In this document: positions 54,300 through 64,000 of the stretch, one piece after another | Numbering within the stretch: position 1 is the first letter of the stretch | Layout: every line of letters starts with the position of its first letter | Origin: the human T2T-CHM13v2.0 reference genome, Homo sapiens | Length of the DNA stretch: 64,000 bases | Assembly: GCF_009914755.1 (NCBI RefSeq) | Contig: NC_060942.1 | Direction: 5' to 3' (one strand) | The notes under the pieces: model-generated | Told to the model about the DNA's origin: nothing | What the model saw: the letters and a program-made list of their open reading frames with translations, nothing else | Database searches by the model: none | Made by a program: the position numbers and the translations under genes

Positions 54300-54690
54300 T
54301 CTTTCCTACCTCACTCTACCCGTTTCTCTCCTCTCCTGTTACCTTGGCCTAGAACACGTGGCTTTTACCTGCCTAAGGATTTCATCTTTGCTGCTTTTCC
54401 TGCACAGAGTGCTCTTCTCCACTGGTTACATGGCTGGATCCCCCTTGATCCAAGTCTGTGATTAGATGCCACCTGCACAGGCAGGCCCCTGTTCCTGTCT
54501 TTATAGCACTCTGTTGCTTCCCTGCAGAAAATCTCACAAAATCAAAAACTGTACGTTTGTTTACTTGATTAACTCTCCCCTCAGACAGTAAGCTCCCGGA
54601 GGTCAGGTACCTGGACGTTTGCTCACCACTGTATATCCAGCGCCTAGCACAATATGGGTCAATAAACACTAATCAAAGGAAATAGTGTTA
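54300..54690 (+). mobile_element. L2 LINE 3' end
   Basis: GACAGTAAGCTCCCGGAGGTCAGG...TTGCTCACCACTGTATATCCAGCGCCTAGCACA...TCAATAAAC. Confidence 0.8.
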
Positions 54691-55227
54691 GAGCTTTCCT
54701 AAGCTCTAGGTTGTGTTAGAACATTATCTTAATAAAGGTGATGAGGATGTTTTATATATCTATACTTACATCAATCTCTCTTTCTATAGTTGTGTGTATG
54801 TATACATCTATGATGACAGATATAGTATGCACATATGATATTAAAGACTTTATTTAAATACTGATTTACAGTATTGAATCACTGTATGCAATACATAATA
54901 TTATTAGGAGAGTTTCATAATTTGCCATCATCCTCTCACTGCAAAGGTGAGGATAAAGAACAGAAATCATATGTTCTGCCTCCCTGGAACTGAAGTCCTT
55001 GCTGAAAGACAGTGAATAATGCTATAAAATCACTTGTGATATAAAGATCATTATCTAAAGTCATTATCATACATGGGACATTCAAACCTCACACTGAGTT
55101 TTTCTAGTACTTCAAGCCTGACAATTTTCAAAACACTCAAATTTCTATTTCTACTTTATATTTCTCAGAAAAAAGAGAGTAAACCAAGGAGACACTGGAA
55201 AATTTACGGTTAATCACAAATTATTGG

Positions 55228-55315
55228 GATATTAAATGCATTTTCAACATAACGATATTTCTGACTTATGATGGGCTTCTTGGGACATAACCCCATCATA
55301 AGTCAAAGAACATCA
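55228..55315 (-). mobile_element. MER47-family terminal fragment
   Basis: TATTAAATGCATTTTCAACATAACGATATTT..GACTTATGATGGG..GGGACATAACCCCATCATAAGTC matches the end of the element at 40423-40778. Confidence 0.75.
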
Positions 55316-55840
55316 TATTCACAAACAGATCTGTGCAAAAATGTCCATAGCAGTCCTATTCATAATAGCCTCAAACTAGAAACAATCCAAATGTCAAAAA
55401 CAAGATAATGGATAAGTAATTTGTAATGTAGTCATACAGTAGAATATCACACATCAATAAAAAAGGAGTGAATGACTGATATATGCAACAATCTCAAAAT
55501 TATTACGGCATGTGAAAGGGGCCTTTACAAAGTACATGCTGTGTGATTCCATTTATATTAAGTCCAAGAATAGGCCAAACTAAACTATGGTGAAATATGT
55601 AAGAAGTGGTTTCCTGGGAGGTAGAGAGAAGGTAGAAGAAGGGTAGGGAGGTAGGTGATGAGGTTTTGAATTGGAATTGACTGGAAAGGGCAAAGAGAAA
55701 ACTATTTAGGGTGTGGGATTCAATACCTTATTTTGGGTGGCTGGTACACAGGTGTATCTAATTCTCAAAACTTACTGGATTGAGAGAATACTTAAGATCT
55801 GGGCATTTTATTGCAAATTATACATCAATTTTAAAATTAA
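55316..55840 (+). mobile_element. Old L1M 3' fragment
   Basis: TATTCATAATAGCCTCAAACTAGAAACAATCCAAATGTC...TGATTCCATTTATA...CTTAAGATCTGGGCATTTTATTG. Confidence 0.75.
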
Positions 55841-58800
55841 GAGATTCTATTATTTTGTTTAAAATTGTATTACTGAACACTGTTTGGAATATTTCCCTAC
55901 TTTCTAGGCATGTGAAACATTTTTAGAATTCTTGTATTTTATAAATTTATCAACTTAGTTTATCAAGTATGATGACAACATTAATGCATCCAGTTTCCTT
56001 AGATTAAGCCTCAATTTATTGTGAAGTTCAAAAACATAAAGAATTACAAAAACCAAAACCAAAAAGCCTTGTCCAGAATCAAGATTAAAATTTCAGAGAT
56101 GAATGTCATTGCCACACTATGCCAGCAAGGGGAGTAGTTACACTTTGAGAAGAGCTCCATCTCCATCACCGCTGAATTATTCTATGGGGCACTTTAACAA
56201 GGCCCCAAAAATTGACTTTTGAGTGTTGTCATGATGGAAATGACAGATCATTTTAATGCAAGAGAAAAAGATTGAAAACCTTGACCCTTTAGATTACTCC
56301 GAACCTCAATGAGAAGGAGAAAAATACTTGCTGATCAGCTTATTAGAATATTATGTTCATGTAATTCTGGTACCAGGAAAATATTTAAGAGAATAGCTAA
56401 ATTAACTGCAGGGTGCCACTTTTTCTTTGCTAATTATTTTCATACAAGAATAATCATATACAGCCCTTTCCCTACAAAAGAAAAAAACCCAACAACTTCA
56501 CAGTTTATTTTTATACATGTGAGAAGGACAGCCCCAGTGTGTGCAGAAGGTACAAACTGTTGGAAAATCGAGGCTTGGTCTGACAGTAGATAAGGCTGGC
56601 AAACAGTACTTTTTCTTTCCCCTGCAGGATAAGGGCTTTTCAGTTGAGATTGTTAGGCTACAAATCTGAAGATTTATGCTGAATTTTAAAAAATATCATC
56701 ATGTTCATCAATTCTTATAAGATTTGTAAGGCTTAATTCTCACAAAAGCTTAGGAAGGCTGCAGAAAAGTCTCTAACTATCCTTTCCTACCAACTTTGGT
56801 AATCCTGGATTTACAGAAAAGAATGTTCAGGCTGACGGTGGGAAACATGCCCCCAGGCAAGCAGGAGAGAGAGCAGGAGAATGGGCCTGCCAGATATGGA
56901 CACTTATGAGATGGGTACCGGCCCTCTTTACCCTCTAACCTTCGTGACAACCACACCCTTGATTCTAACACCATAGCACCTTCTTCTCAATTTGTCTCAT
57001 TCTCCGGAGAAACTGAGTGCAGAGGAGCTAGCAATGTGTGCCCCAGAAAATACCCTGAGCCACGCCCTGTGCTGGGCTGGAGTCTTGACCTATGTTTGGG
57101 AACTGTATCTCCGCAATCTGCAGTGCTTGTGAATACGATGTACCTCCCTCCCTTTGCCAAATGAGGGCAAAGACACTGAGTATAGGTAAACAATAGTCCA
57201 TTTCAGGACCCGTGCCCAGGAGAACATGCCTACCAAATGCAAAGCTCTAGGGCACCAAGTGCCGGTTTGTGGACCCACAGTAGCCTGCAAGGATTAACTC
57301 TAGCTTTAAAATCACACGGCACTGCAGTTTGGCACAAAAGCAGCCCTCTACTCCGAGAGAGAGTATGCTATCAATATGTAAAAAGGTATTATCCTTGAAT
57401 ATGTGTATCCTTTTGCTGGTACATAAACCCTGCCTCAAGATATTCTTCATGAAATTCCAAGGAACATTTCTCAGTTCAATGACCCTAAGAAATGATGTTG
57501 AATTACTCTCCACTTACAAAATAGAGGAAAAGCATTTTCTTTCAGTTCCTGTAAATGGAGGCCTAGAGACGTAAAGGAGTCAGAGTCAGAAGAGTCAAGT
57601 TTTAGATTCTGCTTTGAACTATATCGAGATCTCCAAATCGGAGATGCTAGTCTGGGTTATATTCTTGCCGTCAAGGACGCACAGAACTGGTCCAAATTGA
57701 CCACTGTTTCACTACATGGCAAAAAAAAAAAAAAAAAAAAAAGAGAGAAAAACATGTTAATGACATGCCACTGTACACCTTTCCCTAATGTTGGCTTTGC
57801 CACTGAATGGATGTGAGTCTTGTGTTCTAAGTGGGAAATAAACTAAAAGACCATATTCCAAGGATTACTAAAATCTGTGAGATATGTAAAGGATAGAAAC
57901 AAGAGTGAAAAAGAACATACACAAAGAACCCAGAAATGGGAGACATGTTGATTACAGGAGGAAATATAAGGAGGGTGTAATTAGGGTCAAAGAAATAAAA
58001 TGAATAGATGCTTGTCTTTGCATTTGTTTTTAATGAGTGGTGAGTTGCTTTCTTGAGCAGGCAACTGGGTACAAACCAGGCAGAAATAAAATGGGAGTTG
58101 TAGAGGGCACTGGCGGGGGTGGGTGTCTGGCATGACACTAGGAGATTAAAGCACCTTGGAGAAAGGACTGATGTGCATTTGTAGAATGGGAGAGAGTACC
58201 CTGTCTGAAACCATATTAGGAGACACATTACTTGGTGCTTCCTACCCTGGGAAAGGCAGGGCTGCACTTCAGTGTGGTTCATGCTGTGTAGGGAAGTCCC
58301 ACCTGTGGGGTTGAGGGTAGTAATGTGCCATGGGGCAATCTCCACATTAGCAGGTTACCACAGTGGACCGAAAGAAATGTACAGGAAGCAAGGTGCTTGG
58401 AAGTGAATTTCACGTGATTCATGTTGGAAGTCACAGAAGAGTGGGCTTTGGGAGCCAAGGCTGAGAAGAGAGAAGAAAATACTCTCGGTCTCTCAACCCC
58501 TAATGAGTCTTTGGAGCTGTCTTTTCACAGGTGCCTGGAATTTTGTCCAATTGGATAGGTTTTTCCAGATGTTTCAAATGTTATTCATGGGAGATGTTTA
58601 TATTCATTATCTCCAAAGATCTTGACTAGGAGCTAGCACCTTGCATTTGATATATTTAATGAATAGCCATTGACTGAGGGAATCAACCATGCTCCCAAAT
58701 GAGGAATGTGTCTTATATTAATTAAAATAGGAGTCAATAACATGCAAGATATAGCCTATATTTCCTTTATTACTGCCATTTGGCAAATTGAGGACGAAAG

Positions 58801-59834
58801 CTCTAACAATTCAAATCTCTCTCGGAGGTAAGTTTAGTAACTATCAAGATAGATCTTGGCAGCTCTCTCTTGGGGTCCCCAAGGCTCATTAAACATTTTA
58901 AGAGGACGCTGAACATTTTCCTAGTGGATGGTGAGATAACTCACTTCCAAGTGTGGGAGGAAGTGCAATCTTGCCTGTTGCAACCAGCAAATTCTGGAAT
59001 GAGGTTTAGACTTGGTGCTAAAGGTGTGAGGGGCAGGTAGCATGCAGTCTGGCTCCTTTTTATTAATAGTTAGCTGAAACTTTACCTTTCTATTTCAGAG
59101 GAGGTGGACAGCTTTTTTACTACCTTATGTGCTAGGGAAGAATGAAAGTTCAAGTGAAAGGGGAGGCTGGGAATAGGCTGCAGTTGGGATGTGAGACAAG
59201 GGTGGGAGGTGAGAGGGTAGGAGGGTCAGGCAGGGGTCTGGCTGGCCACTGTCCTAAATCTGAGCAGTAGCGTCAGGGCTGGAGGTTAGCTGATGGTGAC
59301 AGCATATAACCTTGGAGGCATCTGGCTGCTCAGCCCTTTGCACAAGCCACTCACTTACTTGACAACAACAAGTCACAGGATCACAGGCTGCGGACTCTGA
59401 ATAGAAAGGGCGCCATTCTGTCAAACTAATGCTGAGGCCGGAGAACAGGGCCTCTAAACTTCTGAGATCTGCACTGGCCAACGTTTCCAATTGTCCCCTC
59501 AATGGCACTTGCTCTCAGCCACTAGTATACCTGCTTTGATCTACCCCAACCCCAGACCATCAACTCATTCCTTTTGATTGCTCCAGAGTACACAGGTGTG
59601 GCTGTACCTGCAAACTCATGTTTTCAGGATGGGCTTTTAATTCCGCTCAAAAATATTTTTCCATGTCTCTTTCTTGTCTTGCTTCCCCATTGCAGAATTT
59701 TTTCCTCTTTCCCCAGAGATAAGCTCTTACTCACAGAAGACAGTAACCCAGTGGTTCCTATCTATAGAGCACACATGGTGGATACCATATCTTTAATGCT
59801 CTCAGTAACCCGTGTAAGCTATGTGCTGTTGTCC

Positions 59835-60014
59835 TTATTTTATTTGATTTTTTAGAGATAGGGTCTCACTGTGTTGCACAGAGTGGACTGCAGTGGCTGC
59901 TTACAGGTACAATAATCATCACACACTACAATCTTGAACTCTTGGCCTCAAGCAATCCCCCTACTTTAGCCTCCTGAGTAGCTGGGATGATAGGCACATG
60001 CCCCTATGCCCAGC
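59835..60014 (-). mobile_element. FAM (fossil Alu monomer)
   Basis: Single monomer retaining the 7SL-derived GGCTGCTTACAGGTACAAT...CACTAC segment. TSD TTGTCCT/TTGTCCC. Confidence 0.75.
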
Positions 60015-60069
60015 TTGTCCCTGTTTTATAAACAAGAGCTCAGTGAGGTCACCCAGCATGTGTTCTGGC

Positions 60070-60280
60070 CAAGTGCATTGTAGTTTATAAAATGCCTCCA
60101 CATGTGTTATGAAGTTCTCTGACCTATGAATTGCATGTTATTATTATCTCCATTTCACAGATGGTAAAATGGAAATTTAGAGGGGTTATGTGACCTACCC
60201 ATGTTGCATTGTTCATGGGTGGCTGAACTGAGTTTCGAACTTGTGTCCTCGTATTCTACATCCCATGCTTGTTCACAGTA
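60070..60280 (-). mobile_element. MIR SINE
   Basis: TATTATCTCCATTTCACAGATGGTAAAATGGAA..TAGAGGGGTTATGTGACCTACCCA. Confidence 0.75.
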
Positions 60281-60639
60281 TAGTGGCAAGAAAATGGGAG
60301 CTTTCAGGCATAAACTCTCTCAAATTTCTTTATATCCATCTTTAAACTCATCTTAGTTTTTCCCCACTCATCCTTTTCTCCTGTCTCAGGAAGAAGTTGA
60401 TTCTATTGTGTGTTCCTAAAAGTTCTCTCCTGTGCCCTTGAATAATCTTATTCATTTCCATTTCTTCACATTTCAACTCTTTATGCAAAAGACTCTCAAA
60501 TCTTTCTTTCTCTAAACTCCAATTATTGTTTTCGACCACTTAAAGGGTATCTTTTCTTGGTAATATACCTTTATGTATAGACCATACACTACTCCCACAT
60601 TCCCTCAGCTCTATACAACTAACTCTAAGTCTACGTTGT

Positions 60640-61025
60640 TTTACTTGGGCAATACATGTGCTTTGATGTCTCCATGCTTTTGCTTGTACTGCCTGAAATG
60701 CTGCCCTTCCCTTTCTCTACTTGCAGAAATTCCATTCATTCTTTAAAGAATCAGTTCAAGCGTGATAACTGTTACTGAATATTCTCCCAACTCTTCCTGT
60801 TAGATTTAACAGTGTATTCTGTGCATTCCCAAAGCACTTTGTTTTTTGGGATAACACATTGCTTATCACATGAGAAAATCACTTGTCTCCATCTCTGTCT
60901 CAACTTATGGGCTACCAGTAAAGTGAAGACAAAAAGGGAATTTTATTTATCTCTACATCCCTTGATGCAATAAGCATGGCCCTTGGCTAAGTGTTTATTG
61001 AATGAATAAAGGAATAAATGGATGC
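60640..61025 (+). mobile_element. L2 3' fragment
   Basis: GCCTGAAATGCTGCCCTTCC...TTTATTTATCTCTACATCCC...GTTTATTGAATGAATAAAGGAATAAATG. Confidence 0.65.
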
Positions 61026-63079
61026 ATGGTGACTCAGTTACTATTCCAATTTTTCAATATACCCCTAGGAGGGCATGGTCTGATTTTGTCTTTTTCCCTC
61101 ACCTCAAATCTTTGCTATTGCCCTAGGAATCTGACTTGCTTGCTTTGCAAAAATGTTGAGTTTTAAATGAAAACAAATGTTACCTGCCATGTGAGATCAT
61201 GAAAAAGAAAATGGAATAATATATCATTTTTTTCTTGTAAAGTAAACATACTACTGTCATCTAGGTGATCAACATTACAGATATGCATCCCAAAATTAGA
61301 ATTTATATTTATAAATTTTTAAGATAATAGGAATTGATCATCTTCTATTACTAAATGCTTCCATCCACATGTTACACAATAGCAAACCTCATTAGATTAG
61401 AATAATTAGTTTGGAAAGGAGGAGAGGAAGATCTAGCCTGAATTATGGAAGTCAGAATTTATTGAAAGCAACATTGTTTTATTACTTTCAATACTATTAC
61501 CTGCCAATAAAGTCTAAGGGGATATCTACTTCATGATCTTAATAATCTTTATTTTACAGCTGAATCTTTTTGCCTAAAGACCACTGTATGCCAAAGCCAT
61601 GAAAACAATGTATTCTTTTTACATGGGTCACAAATATTCCATTTCACTTAGCAAATCCATTCCTTGCAGAAAATTCAAAGCTAAATTTCAGCTTAGTCTA
61701 GATCAAATTCTCAAGAATTCTGTATTAGCAGTATCTGAATTAATGAGGTTTTACTCTATTCATAGAGGAAGACACTTTAAACAATAGACTACAGTGCAAT
61801 GTGCCAGGAAAGTGTTAAGTACTTTTAAAATAAAAATAGAAAAATATGTAAACTTTTTCATATAAGGAAAACACCATCCTATATATAACTGAAATCAGTC
61901 TTCAGAGCCTTTAGTTTCCTTTGTAAATCCCTTGAGGACAAGGATCGTGGTTTGCTTGCTTTTTCTCCCCACCCTCCAAGACTTTACGCACTCCAAAAAT
62001 GCCACCTAGGCAGTGCTTCCTAGGGATGGCTATCATCAGCAGAACAGGTGCTTAAAAGCCACACTCTGAGGTTTTCAGATATTCTAGTTGTTGCTCTGCT
62101 TATCTATAACTACCCAAGATTCAAACATTATGAGGAAGTTACTCACTGATTCTGGGTACAGGCCGCAAGTACTTCACTGGTCCCCATCCTGAAAAAGAAG
62201 AGGAAAGAAATTCATATATTACCATCACATCCAAAGACATTTATAAAACTTTCTACACAAAGATGCCTCAAAGCCTCTCATATTTTATTTGTAACAAGGA
62301 AAATGATGGGAAGGGAGAGGGTCATGAAATAAAATGTGTCATCCCCTGTGTTTCTGGCCTGATTAAGCTTGGTGTCACTTATTAGGAAACCTGGCATTAC
62401 CATGAAAATTTGGTATAGAAAAGCCTGGGCTTTGAGCCTGTACTCTTTATGGCAGGGAAATGGAGCCAGGGACTGGGGGGTGGGTAGCATTGGAAAATGA
62501 CCATCACAAGGAAGACAATTTCCTTTGATTCTCAGCATTCCATCCCATAACAGATCAATGTGCTAATATACAATAATATTTTCATTTATTAATAAAATCT
62601 TTGTGTAAAATTGAGTACTTGGGCTCGATGTCTTTGGGTGAAATTGAGATAGAGATGCCATGTACAGCTCCTGGCATTATTAGTGACCCACTATTGGATG
62701 CCTTAGTTTGGGAAGCTTGGAAGAGTAAATGAACAGAAAGCTAGGATAAAAAAGAGGGCTCTGAGGCAAGCAACCCCACGGATATTTAAATTATCCAGAA
62801 CGAATGAAAGTTTATTCTGTAGTAAACAGCTATAAGAAAGAAATCTTAAGGTTTTCCTTGAACGGGTGATTTTTCATGGTGATTACCAAGGGCATCTTTC
62901 TGCCAGATGAAGTTGGCCTACTGTAACATAGTATATTTCTTCTGGCCTAGTCACCTATGGGGAGAGAAGAGCCTCAGTTCCTTCTGAGAACAATCTTACA
63001 GAGCAGTAAGAATGTAATTATATGACTACTTAGTTTTTGGCTTTTTGGGTTACATGGTTCCATTTCTTTCCTTTAAAAC

Positions 63080-63258
63080 ATTATATATATATATGTATAT
63101 ATATAATATGTATAATACAACATATTATAACATATATACTATATGTCATACCATATATTTTATATAATATATAACTATAATGAAATATATATTATATAAT
63201 ACACTTACATATATTATATATTAATATATATTCTATTCTGTATTTTATAAATATATAG
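63080..63258. repeat. AT-rich (TA)n-like low-complexity tract
   Basis: Read directly from the sequence. Confidence 0.9.
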
Positions 63259-63299
63259 GTAATGTTTTGCTCTCTGCATGCCTTTTAAAAAATATCTTT

Positions 63300-63900
63300 C
63301 AACATATGTTGACTAAAACTTGAATGAGTACTAAAGGATGGTGTGGCTTAAGCAATGGTAGGATTAATTGTCTGTCCTGCTAGCCTGCCTCATTTAAATC
63401 ACCTAGTCTCAGTGTGACTCATTTATAATATTGCTTTGCTAACCCTAATTGAGATAAAAATCTTATTGGTACTTGTCTTTTAAGTTATTTTTTAGCAAAT
63501 TTCACGTGTGCCAAAAAATACCAGTTTACACTTGCATCAATGATATGCTATTCTGTTTTTAGAATGATTTAAAGCATATATCCAAGGGCATTTTTAATTG
63601 TCTTGTTATGAACTTCCTGGTGTAAGGTACTGGCCATTCTACTTGATTTAGTAATATCTGCATTTTGGAGGCAGGTATTTATGAGTCATATAGCTCATCA
63701 GTAAGTCACAGGTCCTTCAGTACAACTGATCCCCAGGGGCTGGACCTGGATATGTAATGCATTGCTCCCACCCAATTTATTGTAATTGCAACTCTATATT
63801 TACCTGTTCACCCAGGTAATGGTAGCATGATTAAGGTCACACTATCATGGCTTAGTGATAAGAATATTGTTTAGACTAGAACAAAATCTTCCTCCACACA
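63300..63900 (-). mobile_element. Probable ancient CR1/L3 LINE reverse-transcriptase remnant
   Basis: The minus strand has CCCTGGGGATCAGTT (similar to PQGSV) near 63725-63740 and AATGCAGATATTACTAAA (similar to FADDTK) near 63648-63665, in RT order. Confidence 0.45.
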
Positions 63901-64000
63901 AAATTGATTATTTCTAGCATATTATCATTATTTATGCAGGCTGTCACTGAATCAAGGAAGGAAGTTAAATTGGTGTGGAAAAACTGGTTATTCAAAAAAT

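Noticed and set aside
57827-58345. Longest non-Alu ORF (172 aa, minus strand)
   Set aside because: It has a non-ATG start, a composition typical of random non-coding translation, and no domain or splice support.
58932-58945. 14-nt match to Y1 RNA (AGTGAGTTATCTCA on the minus strand)
   Set aside because: The flanks do not continue the Y RNA sequence and there is no tail or TSD.

Overview
This is primate, most likely human, non-coding genomic DNA (intronic or intergenic) and it is AT-rich. I find no recognisable protein-coding gene, RNA gene, CRISPR array or prokaryote-style system. The ORF track is explained by Alu/L1/LTR-derived or chance frames. Much of the window is interspersed repeat: ten Alus plus a FAM monomer, old L1 and L2 fragments, MIRs, MaLR/ERVL solo LTRs, DNA-transposon fossils (MER5A, MER30, MER47A, Tigger2a) and a probable CR1/L3 remnant, often nested with visible target-site duplications (TSDs). 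The observations most worth following up are: (1) a ~152-bp unique-sequence direct duplication whose two copies both end at a 3' splice-site-like motif; (2) a young 5'-truncated AluYa5-like insertion; (3) a frame-preserving 24-nt microexon candidate; (4) a CpG-retaining patch in ancient repeats at 9.7-11.6 kb; (5) a strong CTCF motif. Repeat subfamily names come from recalled consensus features and were not computed. Boundaries of old elements are approximate.
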